Below, piece after piece: positions 8,911 to 19,000 of a stretch of DNA of 38,918 nt (positions are counted from its first letter, which is position 1; every line of letters begins with the position of its first letter). The stretch is from Chrysochromulina tobinii. Taxonomy: Eukaryota. The stretch is taken from assembly GCA_001275005.1 (NCBI GenBank), contig JWZX01002939.1, positions 1-38,918 of the forward strand, written 5' to 3'. The translations under genes and the position numbers were made by a program. The notes beneath the pieces were generated by a model that worked only from the letters and a program-made list of their open reading frames with translations, made no database searches and was not told where the DNA came from.

Positions 8911-10335
8911 TCAGACGTCACCGCTGAGCACGTGGAAAGCCGTTTCCGCATCGAACGGGTCCACGCACGCAGACACATACTTGTAGTTGAAGTACTCGGC
9001 CACCTGGATGTACCAGTTGACCTTGGAGCCCGCCTGACGCGAAGGCACTTGCAGGTCGTTGTTGATGTTTCCCAGACCGGGAATACGTTCGCGGCAGCGG
9101 AAGCGACGCAGCACATCCGTGTGCTCAGTTTGGATGTACAGCGTGTCCAGCGTCGCCGTGATGTTCTGCATGGAGTCGGGCAAGTCGCCGACCATCATGT
9201 TGCCGAAGGTGTCCCACCAGGTGAGCTTGGGCAGCCCTCCGAAGGCGTCGGGCATGGTACCGCTCAGCGAGTTCTCTTGCAGCTCAAAGCGCGTCAGCAT
9301 GTACATGTTGCCGATTTCGGGTGGTATGGTGCCTGAAATGCGGTTGTCATTTAGCGCAAAGTGGATCAGCTGGTTGAGTTTGCCGATCTGCGTCGGGATG
9401 GTGCCCGAGAACCGGTTGGTGACCGCACGGAGGCCGGCGGTGGTGCCACGGGCAAGAAAGTGTTCCAGCTGAGAGAGCTCGCCAATGGAGGGAGGGATGG
9501 TGCCGGAGAAGCCACACCGGTCGAGCTTGAGCACCTTCAGGTTCGTGAGCAGCCCGATCTCGGCAGGGAGCCCAGGGTTCAGATTCAGGTTGGCGAACGT
9601 ACTCTCGCCCAGGAAGCCGAGGTTCGGGTTGTCCGACACGTCGAACAACTGCAGGTTCTCGAGGTAGCCGATCTGCGAGGGAACGATCCCTGTCAGATTG
9701 TTGTTGGAGACGTCAAAGTGTGTAGTCCCGGGCAGACGCCAGTTGGCAATTGCGCTGTAGCTCAGTGCGACGCCGATTTGTGCAATCTCCGTCGGGATCG
9801 GGCCCGTCAGCTGGTTGTGGCTCAAACTGATCGCGCGCAGGTTGCGCAACTGTCCCGTTTGGGTGGGGATGCTGCCAGACAGTGCGTTGAAGGAGAGATC
9901 GAGCTCCGTGATGTTGATGAGCTCGGCGAAGAAGTTCTCAGGTATGGTGCCCTGCAGGTTGTTGTCTGCCAGGTTGAGGTACGTGATGCGCCCAAACGCG
10001 CAATTGTCGCCATCTGTCGGTGCAAAGCAAGGATCCGTGCATCCTACGCCGTACCACTTTGTACGAAAATCGCATGGATCCTTGTAGATGCACGCGGGGC
10101 TCCCTGATAGAGGCACCTCAGGCGCGATATAAGGCCACCCTTCACCGATGCTATTGTCCACCTGCCCGCACTGGTTGAGAGCCTCTAGGTCCCAGTTCTC
10201 ATGGTTGGTCCATTCAGCACCGTTCGTCACATTGTAGAACGCCTTGAGCATCTCCAGCTCCGCGGCGCGAAGGGGCGCATAGGCAGCTCGCGCGTAAAGG
10301 AGAAGGAGGGTAAGCAGTTCCTGGTGGCGCCCCAT
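8911..10335 (-). CDS. Secreted leucine-rich-repeat protein (plant-type LRRs)
   Basis: ATG 10335 with signal-like LLTLLLLYARA; N-cap LKAFYNVTNGAEWTNHENW...WYGVGC; repeated LxLxxNxLSGxIPxxIG units; no transmembrane or kinase domain seen. Confidence 0.9.
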   Translation of the reverse strand: MGRHQELLTLLLLYARAAYAPLRAAELEMLKAFYNVTNGAEWTNHENWDLEALNQCGQVDNSIGEGWPYIAPEVPLSGSPACIYKDPCDFRTKWYGVGCTDPCFAPTDGDNCAFGRITYLNLADNNLQGTIPENFFAELINITELDLSFNALSGSIPTQTGQLRNLRAISLSHNQLTGPIPTEIAQIGVALSYSAIANWRLPGTTHFDVSNNNLTGIVPSQIGYLENLQLFDVSDNPNLGFLGESTFANLNLNPGLPAEIGLLTNLKVLKLDRCGFSGTIPPSIGELSQLEHFLARGTTAGLRAVTNRFSGTIPTQIGKLNQLIHFALNDNRISGTIPPEIGNMYMLTRFELQENSLSGTMPDAFGGLPKLTWWDTFGNMMVGDLPDSMQNITATLDTLYIQTEHTDVLRRFRCRERIPGLGNINNDLQVPSRQAGSKVNWYIQVAEYFNYKYVSACVDPFDAETAFHVLSGDV

Positions 10336-10421
10336 CTTCTTGGGCAACTGTGTGAGCAACTCGCTCGCCTGCGAGCCCTACTAGGTGTCGACACAGATAT
10401 TCAGCCGCACCTGCGCCCGCA

Positions 10422-10441
10422 ACAAGCAAGCAAGCAAGCAA
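10422..10441. repeat. (CAAG)n microsatellite
   Basis: ACAAGCAAGCAAGCAAGCAA upstream of the LRR gene. Confidence 0.75.
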
Positions 10442-10782
10442 ACAACGGCCCAATGTCTTCTCGATTATAGGTTTGCATGCCGGGTTTGGGGGCCCGCCTC
10501 AGAGACCTCGTACCTTTCAAGGGTACCTTCAGCGGGGTCGACAGAAGACAGCTCTGATGATGGAGGTGAGTGGACAAGAAGAAGTAGAACATTGTACAAT
10601 TGTATTCTGGACATATTACATTGTACGTGCACATTGTAGGCTAAACGAGAATGACAGTGATAAGGGGGTCCAGGGGGTCCTCAAGCTAGTGTTGTTAATG
10701 GAAGTTGTATCGTAGACGAGCCGAAGAAGCGCGACGTCACCTTAGACTCTCTGCTGGGAAGCGTTGGATCGGCAAACTCGCA

Positions 10783-13700
10783 ATGGATGTGCGGGCGTGC
10801 TCTCCTGATGCCGACGATCTCGAGCCGCTTCCGATGATGGATGACGAGCCCGTTGAGCCATCGCGAGATGAGGCGGCAGAGGAGGCAGCCGAGGAGGAGC
10901 CGAAGGTAGCCTCAGAGGCAGCTGCGGTCGTCGCTCCGGAACCCGAGCCACAACGACGCAAGAAACACAGCGCTGGATGCGAGCTGGACAGCATCGAAAT
11001 CGATTGGTTGCTCATCCGGCACGACGATGACACCGAGGCGGTGGCGCAGGCAACAGCCAATGCTTTCGAGTATCTGCGGCAGATCCGGCGTAGCATCCCC
11101 ATCCCTGACGTGCGGCCGTATGAGCCCTCGCTGGCCAAGCAGGAGGAGCGCGAGGACGGCGTCGAGGATGAGGGCGAGGCGTATGATGGTCCACCGCTGG
11201 GCGGGTGGCCGGACGAGCAGGCGCAGCGCCGGCGGCGCGCCGCGCGCGAGCGCGCCAACCTCGAGCTCGACTCGGCCGACGAGGGTGCTGAAGACGAGCT
11301 CCTTCTGATGGAGGACGGTCTCGGCGGCGGCGAAGAGGGTGAGGGTGGCGAGGAGGGCGGCGAGAACGCTGCGGAGTCCAAGCTCGCTCGCAAGCGCACC
11401 ACCGACAAGGTTGCGCGCGAGCCGCGGCCCTCCGGCGGCGGCGGTGCGCAGCGGCAGCGCAAGCGCCCGATCCATCGGAAATCGGGCGGCGAGAAGACGG
11501 AGCGCGAGCCCAAGCCGGGCGGCGACGGGGCGATCGGCGCCTACGGCGGCGGTGGCGGCGGTGGTGGTGGCGGCGGCGGCGGCGGCAGCCACGGGCTAGG
11601 CCCGGGCGCCTCGAGCCGACGGATGCACGGGCTGCGCCTCAAGCTCGTCGCTCCGGATGGCGTCGACTGCTCCGCGGCGCTGCGCATGCATGTGCCGTGG
11701 GACGCGCCCATGCTCGCGGATGTCAGGGCGGCTGCGGCCTCGCGCCCGCCGCCTGCACGCGGCGATTGGCGACGGCGGGAGGAGGCGATGCTGCAGGAGG
11801 CGCTCGAACGCTCGCGGCTCGAGGCCAAGGGTACAGAGGCCAAGGATACAGAGGCCAAGGGGGCTTCTGCACAGGTCCAGGGAGAATATCAGGGGCACGA
11901 GCATCAGGGGCCGGCGCGCACGTGGCCGACGCTGCTGGAGCCATCAACTGCACGTCCACCGGCGCCGCCCGAGCCGGTGCCTCCCGAGACGGCGCCGGCA
12001 GCACCCGCGGGCGCAGAGGCGTCTGACGAATCCGACGAATCCGACGAGGATCGACCGCTCGTGCCTGCTTCCCGTCGCGTCGGTGGCACGGCGGGTGATC
12101 AAATGGCCAGCGCAGGCAGAGGCTCGTGGATGATCGGGCGCGGCGCAGCGTTGGCACGCCGACCGGGGGGAGGCAAGGCGCCGCGGCACGGCCCGCGGAC
12201 GAGCTCGGATGAGGCACTTTCCACCGCGAGCATGCGCCGGACCTCCCCCCGAGACGACAGAGGCGAAGCTTCCACCTTTTCGACGCCGCGGGACTCCGAG
12301 ACGCCATCGCCGTTGCCAGGGGCGCCGGCCAAGGGGCAAGGTTGCGGCGGGGGCAGGGGCGGGGCAGGGTCTGACGGCGTACGTGGTCACGTCGAGGGCG
12401 GCGGCAAGGTTTCAGTCTCAAGTGCAAGTGCGATGGCCATTGGCGAGAGGGCGCGATCGCCCTCGCCGCCGCCAGACCTGTACGATCATCTGCCCAACGC
12501 GGAAGCCTCTCGTCCAGCCACCGCCGCAGACAGGGGTTATGCCCCCAACGCTGCCAGTGGCAGTGGCGCGCCACCAGTGCGTAAAGGCTTTCGCATCCCG
12601 AAACGAGTTCAACCTCCTGGGCCCGCCCCCGCCGCTACCACTGCTGCAGCCACCAACGCCGTCGCCCCAACGGCTCCACTCGCGGCCGCCGCCCCCGCGT
12701 TTCCGGCCGCGCCCCACCCGCCGCCGTACCCGCCGCCTGCTCAGCCACAGACGAGGCCTCTCGAGATGAGAGAGCAAGCTGCGCCAGTGCACCCGTCGCC
12801 AGCACTGGCGGCGTTGAGCACGTCGCGCCCCGCTCCGCAGCCGCCGCACCCGCCGCACCCGCCGCACCCGCCGCACCCGCCGCACCCGCCGCAGCCGCCG
12901 CAGCCGCCGCAGCCGCCGCAGCCGCCGCAGCCACCCGCGAGCACCGCGATGGCCAACGGGGCCGTCGCCTCGAACGCCGTCGCGGCGGCTCCGGCGGCAC
13001 CCCCACCAGGGGCGGCACCCGCGTCAGGGGCGGCACCCGCGTCAGGGGCGGCACCCGCGCGACCGACGCCGGTAGCAACGGCCGGATCGTTGCGGCTGGA
13101 TTGGAAGACGGCGGTGGTGCGTCCGTCCAAACGGGACCATGAGCGGCGGGATGGCAGCAATGGCTGTGGCACGCACACAGGCACACTGGCGGCATGCTCC
13201 GCGTCGGCGTCCTCTACCACGTCCATCGCCACGGCTGCCGCAGCCTCGACGGGGGCGCTTCCGACCGCGAACTCTTCCGTGGCAGCAGCTTCCACCGCTA
13301 GTGCCCCGCAGGTCACCGCCACCACTGCCTCGGCCATCTGCGCCTCGTCCGCGGATGCAGGCTCGCCGAACCCCGCTATCAAGGCGGTCTGGGTGACCAA
13401 GAGCGCGCGCGACGTCGTCCGGTACCGTGCCGAGGCGGCGGCGAGCAAATTGGGCGGCAGGGGGCGGGACGCCTCGGGGGACACCTCGAGGGACAAAAAG
13501 CCTCAGGACACAAGGCTAGCTGGGGGCGACAGGGCGGGTGAGCACCGTGCAGCAAGCGATCGCGGTGGCGCATCCGATCGTAATAAGGGAGTGGAGCGCG
13601 GCGGCGAGCGTGGGGTTGGAGAGCGCGGCCGACGCTCTAGCCGCAGCGCCAGTCCCCGACGCAGCCCCAAGCGCCATCGTACCAGGAGCGGCAGTCGCAG

Positions 13701-14175
13701 CCCTTCACACTCCGGCGGCGGCCATCGGAGCCGCAGCCGCAGCCGCAGCCGCAGCCGTCGGGCGGGCAGCAGCCGAAGTCGCAGCCGGAGCAGCCCTAGA
13801 CGTTCGCCGCGGCGCCGGCCGCAGCGCGGCCGCAGCCGCAGCCCGCGGCGCCATCACGAACGCTCTCGTAGCCGCTCGCGTTCGGGTGACGATCGTAATA
13901 AGGGTGACGATCGTGGTGGCCGACGTGGTGCCCGCGACCGCAGCCCGCTCTCCCCCTCGCAGGGCCGGCGCAAGTCGCCATCACCTCGACGGCACTCGCG
14001 TTCTCCATCTCGGCGCTCGCGCTCTTACGATCGGCGACGCCGTGCGCCCCGCTCGCGCAGCTGTGATCGAGGCGGCGGCGGAGGCGGCAGAGACATGGGC
14101 AGAGCACGCAGCCGCTCGAGAGAGCGCAGAAGCACAGCCACAGGTCGAAGCCACGAGAGAGATCGCCGAAGGTAG
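10783..14175 (+). CDS. Low-complexity nuclear protein with acidic N-terminus, UIM-like motif, Pro-rich middle and C-terminal RS domain
   Basis: First ATG in the 1156-aa ORF is at 10783. EEAMLQEALERSRLEA at 11779-11826. (PPH)5(PPQ)5. Long RSRSRS/RSP tract ~13630-14170. Confidence 0.75.
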   Translation: MDVRACSPDADDLEPLPMMDDEPVEPSRDEAAEEAAEEEPKVASEAAAVVAPEPEPQRRKKHSAGCELDSIEIDWLLIRHDDDTEAVAQATANAFEYLRQIRRSIPIPDVRPYEPSLAKQEEREDGVEDEGEAYDGPPLGGWPDEQAQRRRRAARERANLELDSADEGAEDELLLMEDGLGGGEEGEGGEEGGENAAESKLARKRTTDKVAREPRPSGGGGAQRQRKRPIHRKSGGEKTEREPKPGGDGAIGAYGGGGGGGGGGGGGGSHGLGPGASSRRMHGLRLKLVAPDGVDCSAALRMHVPWDAPMLADVRAAAASRPPPARGDWRRREEAMLQEALERSRLEAKGTEAKDTEAKGASAQVQGEYQGHEHQGPARTWPTLLEPSTARPPAPPEPVPPETAPAAPAGAEASDESDESDEDRPLVPASRRVGGTAGDQMASAGRGSWMIGRGAALARRPGGGKAPRHGPRTSSDEALSTASMRRTSPRDDRGEASTFSTPRDSETPSPLPGAPAKGQGCGGGRGGAGSDGVRGHVEGGGKVSVSSASAMAIGERARSPSPPPDLYDHLPNAEASRPATAADRGYAPNAASGSGAPPVRKGFRIPKRVQPPGPAPAATTAAATNAVAPTAPLAAAAPAFPAAPHPPPYPPPAQPQTRPLEMREQAAPVHPSPALAALSTSRPAPQPPHPPHPPHPPHPPHPPQPPQPPQPPQPPQPPASTAMANGAVASNAVAAAPAAPPPGAAPASGAAPASGAAPARPTPVATAGSLRLDWKTAVVRPSKRDHERRDGSNGCGTHTGTLAACSASASSTTSIATAAAASTGALPTANSSVAAASTASAPQVTATTASAICASSADAGSPNPAIKAVWVTKSARDVVRYRAEAAASKLGGRGRDASGDTSRDKKPQDTRLAGGDRAGEHRAASDRGGASDRNKGVERGGERGVGERGRRSSRSASPRRSPKRHRTRSGSRSPSHSGGGHRSRSRSRSRSRRAGSSRSRSRSSPRRSPRRRPQRGRSRSPRRHHERSRSRSRSGDDRNKGDDRGGRRGARDRSPLSPSQGRRKSPSPRRHSRSPSRRSRSYDRRRRAPRSRSCDRGGGGGGRDMGRARSRSRERRSTATGRSHERDRRR
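12841..12930 (+). repeat. 9-bp coding tandem repeat (CCGCCGCAC)5(CCGCCGCAG)5
   Basis: Read directly; encodes PPH x5 then PPQ x5. Confidence 0.95.
13007..13059 (+). repeat. 18-bp coding tandem repeat x3 (GAAPAS)
   Basis: CAGGGGCGGCACCCGCGT repeated. Confidence 0.9.
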
Positions 14176-14389
14176 CTCCGTTTCACCCCAGCACTCGGCT
14201 GAGCGTTCCCGCAGGCCTCGGCCCTCTTCTGAAGATATCCGCACGGCAGCTCGCCTCTGCGGCCTCTCGTTGGCACGCGCACCGCGCGTTTAATGAATAT
14301 TGATGATTGTCGCGTTGTCGGCGCGCACCATACTGCGTGGGCACAATGACTAACCATTTATAGTACACTCTAAATGACCGGTTTCTCTC

Positions 14390-14803
14390 TCATAAAGCTG
14401 AGCACGCCCCACCACCATGCGTCAAGCTTTCCACCAAGGCCTGTGCTCGTCGCAGCTCGCGCTGAGCAATGAAGAGCTCATCTTCCATGGGCACGATCGC
14501 GGTGTCCACGGAGCAAAAGGTGACCCAGTGCGAGAGAGCGCGTCCCATGGCGGAAACAAACACCGCATCGAGGATCCGCCGGAGCACGCGTTGACGATGC
14601 ACTGCAGCCATGTCTCGGCAACTCGTCGGCGTCACTTGCCTGGCCTTTGGGACGTCTGGAGTGTCTGCCCCTGGAATTTCTGCCGCGAGCGCGCGCAGCT
14701 CCAAAATGGCCTTGCGACAGAGTTCCTCGGCACTTCGTTGCGCCTGCGTTCCATGTTCAAGGAGCAGCGTCGTGTTCATGGCGATCGACCTCATGGCGTA
14801 CAT
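14390..14803 (-). CDS. Hypothetical helical protein (~137 aa)
   Basis: ORF with first ATG at 14803 and plausible helical composition, divergent from the 14974 gene; no recognisable motif. Confidence 0.45.
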   Translation of the reverse strand: MYAMRSIAMNTTLLLEHGTQAQRSAEELCRKAILELRALAAEIPGADTPDVPKARQVTPTSCRDMAAVHRQRVLRRILDAVFVSAMGRALSHWVTFCSVDTAIVPMEDELFIAQRELRRAQALVESLTHGGGACSAL

Positions 14804-14973
14804 GTACCGGTAAAATAGTTTGGTGCATCGACAATAAAGCAAGTTAGTTGCAGATTTACATGTAACACGGCGAACGTCTCAAACGAGAGTCACATGACGA
14901 CTTATGCTGACGTTCAACACAACGCCCGACGAATGCGCCCAAAACCGCCACGATTGCCTCAGTCCGGTCGGAC

Positions 14974-15612
14974 ATGGCCGCCGAGCTCGCGAATGCGGTG
15001 CTACATGCGCTGAAGCTTGCCCATGATGATGCCGAGCAGCGTGTCGCGCGAGAGCTCGAGAGGGCAAGCGCAAGTCACTCCAACATGCGGAGAGAGATCG
15101 ATGAAGCACGTGCAAAGATCATTGAGCTCCAAAAGGACCTCGATAAGGCAAGTACGCAAAAGAATTACGTGACAGATGCATTCGAGAGCTCACGAAAGGA
15201 GTGCGCTCGGCTACGAGCAGAAAATCAAGCGAATCAGGAGGATATGGCGCGGCTGCGCAAGATGATTGAGGAGTCGCAACAGGAACGCATCGCTGATGGT
15301 ATATCGCGCCGTGCGGTGCACGCGGATCTAAGCGACCTCGAACACCATAATGACGTCCTCGGCAGAGCACTCGGCTCTGCCACGAAACTGCTTTATAAGC
15401 AACAAGCAGCTGCGGCCGAGAGCGCTACAAGCAGCTTGCCCATACCCGTGCCTGCAAAGGTGCGCGGCGGCAGCACTCCAGCCAAAAAGGGGCGACCCGC
15501 AGGCAAGGCGCTCAGCAGCAGCACGACACCCGGGGAGACACCTCGGCAAACTGGCGAAAGTGGAAAGAAGGCGACTCATTCCAGCGCAGGTAGCAGAGGA
15601 CTCCCGTGGTAG
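14974..15612 (+). CDS. Hypothetical coiled-coil protein (212 aa)
   Basis: Heptad-like E/R/K/L/Q-rich N-terminal two thirds and a disordered basic tail. Confidence 0.7.
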   Translation: MAAELANAVLHALKLAHDDAEQRVARELERASASHSNMRREIDEARAKIIELQKDLDKASTQKNYVTDAFESSRKECARLRAENQANQEDMARLRKMIEESQQERIADGISRRAVHADLSDLEHHNDVLGRALGSATKLLYKQQAAAAESATSSLPIPVPAKVRGGSTPAKKGRPAGKALSSSTTPGETPRQTGESGKKATHSSAGSRGLPW

Positions 15613-16000
15613 ATAGTGGCCGCGCTGGCCGCCGCGCAGACCTTTACGGTTATTTAATCTAGCGATCGATCCGTGCTAGATCGATCGCACTCTACTAGCG
15701 AATCACCCCCCGGCAGATCACCAGCGAGCAGCGTCTCCACAACGGAGCGCCATTACAAAGTTCGGGTATACATTTGTCGAAAACAGCAAGCACGAACAAT
15801 CACATGTCCGGGTGTATTACACGGGAGTGGCTAGGAAATGCACCTTGCACTGTGTGTGGAGCGCCCGCGCCCCCCCCCGGGGGCACACTTGGACTTGCAA
15901 AGAACACCCCACCGCATTGCGCATAGGCATCGCCTTGGGGACGGGAGAGGGGGGTCGTGGCTGCGAAGTGTGGACGCTCATATGAGCTCGTGCCCCTGCG

Positions 16001-19000
16001 CTACTGGTACTGCAAGCCCTCAGGCCATATTGGGCGCCCACCGCCGCGATCGAGCCTAACTGTCCATTTCGCATCCATCGGGGCCTGCATCCGAGTGAGC
16101 AGCAGCCCTTGTGCGCTCGCACGCACTCGCACATCGTGCTCAACCGTCGCAGACCCAGCCAAAGTATCGAGGACGAGCACAGCAGTCGCGTCCGCTGCCA
16201 TGGTGCCACGCAGCAAGATGGTTTCGACGTGAACACGCCGCGGGAGTTGGTAGGTGGGTGGGTGCGCGTAGGTGGGTGCGGCTCGCAATGTGCAACTCGT
16301 CGAGTTCACTAGAATGGCATCATACTCGGATGGCATCTCGGGCGACGGAGATGGCATCTCGGGTGATGCAGCCGGCAGTGGAAGAGGCAGAGCGCACGAA
16401 AAGGTGAGCTCGAATTCCAAGGACGGCCGACCCACTCCTTCCGCGGCGCCGACGCCGTCGTCGAGGAAGATGCGGCCTCGCGCACTACCGGTTGCATCGG
16501 GAGCGACATGCAGAGTGAGCGGGTCGTACACGGCAAGCAGTGCAGAGCGGCGTACGCGCTCGCGACGTGGAACGATAGTGCCTCCGAGCTGAAAGCGCGG
16601 TGTGGCGTCTAGCGGTGTGGGCACGTGCACGCGCGAGCCTCCACGATATGGGCGCCCCGACGCAGCTGCGCCCATTTCGTACCACAGAACGCCCTCGCCA
16701 CCACCGGCGGGCAGCTCAACAACGGCGGAGAGGACCGCGGGATGCGCCACCGGCTGCACGAGTAACGCGCCACCCACCATCCACTGCTCCTCGCGCCGCA
16801 GCGCGGCTTGGGTGGCACGATCGGCCGCGCCGACGTCGATGGTAGAAGCAGCAGCGGCAGCAGCAGTACTGCTGCTGGTGCCACCTCTCCCAGCGTTGCC
16901 AGAGACGTGGTTGAAAGCCTGTTTCGGCTCCCCATCAGCCCCTAGCGGGGGCGAGGATTTTGGCTGGGGCACGCCGAGGCGCAGCCAAGGTGGAGCGACA
17001 ATCGGAAGCCCAACCTGATCGCCGTTGGCCTCCGACGCCTCCCAGAAGAGTGTGTACCAGTATGGCAGCAGCCGCTGGCGCTCGCGGATGGCGTCAGCCG
17101 CAGCGGCTGCGTACGGCGCTGGAAGCAGGAAGGGCTCGCGCCGGGGAGAGTCGAGGTGCGCGTGACCACGAAAGAAGGGCAGGTAGGCCGCCGCTTGGTA
17201 CCAGCGGCTGAGCAGCTCCGGCTCCGGAGTGCCGAAGAAACCTCCCACATCGGCTCCGGTGAAGGGCATCCCTGAGAGCGAGAGGGAGAGGACCATTGCA
17301 AATGATAGCCGCAGGTGCTCCCAGCTGGCACTGTTATCGCCCGTCCACACAGCGCCGTACCGTTGCGAGCCTACGAAAAAGGCGCGCGAAAGCACGAACG
17401 GTCGCTCAAACTCACTGCCTGGCCGAACGCGCATGCCTTCAAAGGTGGCGCGTGCTTGCAGAGTGCCGTAAGCATTGTGAACCAGCCGATGCTCTACGTG
17501 GGCGTCCTTGCCGCCATCACTGCTGCTGCCCTCCTCGTCGCCACCACCACCGCCTCGCTCAGCGTCACTCCTACCGGCGTCGGCTGGGTCGTCGGTCGCG
17601 TCGCCGTCCCAGCCACGAGGGAGCCGATGCAAAGCGTCGCGGGGGAGTGTGAGCTCTGCTTCGTCAAAGACCGATGGCTCGTTCATGTCGTTCCATGCAT
17701 GCATCCAAAGTGGCCAGCCGAGGCTAGCCTGGCGTCTTCCAACCGAACGCAAGCTGCTTGCTGGCTCCGCCTTTGCCTGAGCACGCTCCGCTGCCGTTGA
17801 GCCTTCTCCACTTAGCGCCGGCATGCTGTCCGACGATGCGTTGAGACGTTCCTGCGGCCCATGCACGTACAGCGATGACCAAAGAGCGCGAGCCTTGGGC
17901 TGCAGCAGGTCCAGGTATGACGACTTGCCGGGCCAGCATTCTCCCACGAAGGCGCTGCCGTCGTGACGTGTGACGAGCAACCCCGCCGCCGCGGCTATCC
18001 GATGGAGTTCGTAGTCGGCATCCGCCTTGAGGTGAGGGTCCGCGATACCGACGAGCCGGCGCCCTTTCGGCGACAGCCGACGCCGAAGAGCCTCTGGTTC
18101 CGGGAACACGGCCCCGTCGAAGGTGAAGTATCGCTTGCCGAGCGTGTGTTCGATGTCAATCCACACCGCATCGAGGGGCACCCCGTACCGATCGAAATTG
18201 CGATCGAGGCCTTCCACCTGCGCCTGACTCCGAATATTCCAGTGGCTCTGGTGGTAGCCGAGCGCCCACAGCGGCGGGAGCGGCGGAGTGCCCGTGCATG
18301 CGACCAACTGCGCGAGCACGTGCCCCGCCGATGGGCCGCCGAAGAGGATGACCTCCATCGCGCCCCCCTCGCTCTGCCAGTAGGAGCCCATGCCGCCTCC
18401 GCCGCTCCCGCCGCTTCCTCCGCTGCCTGTGCCGCTGGCTGCGCCGCTGGCTGCGCCACTGCCGCTGCTGCTCCCACTGCCCGCAGCGCTCGCCTGGTGC
18501 TCGCGCCACAGGTCGACGTACGTCTCCGCGGCGCTGAGCCATAGAGCGCCCGCCGCGTGCCGCCGCCCATGCGCGAGCAGGAATGGCAAGGAGCCATAGA
18601 GCCCGACGGGCGTGCCCGGCCCGTACTTGAAAACGTCCAAATTGAAGAGGCGATGCGGCTCGCGCAGCGGCGTGAAAGAAGGCGTCAGCGGCGCGTCCGT
18701 GGCGCCGGTTCCAGACACAGTTGCGAGGGTAAGCGGCTCTAAAGTGATGGGCAAGGCAAGAGGTTCGGCGCGTTCAGGCAGCCCGAATGCTTCGAGGGCG
18801 CCCGGGAAGAAGACATCGGCGCCATATGCAGTGCAGCCATGGGGCCGGCTATCGATGAAGCCACCCCACGCGTCTGGCCGATCGCTGCACCCGCCGAATT
18901 GCAGGAGGCCACGGCTGTTGAGGACCACGGCAGGAATCTGTTGGTGAATGCGAGCGCTGCCGACGCGGCCGACGAAGAGGCGTAGTGCTAACGGCTCGGA

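Noticed and set aside
12841..13059. Tandem repeats as a CRISPR-like array
   Set aside because: No spacers; in-frame coding repeats in a eukaryotic gene, with no cas genes
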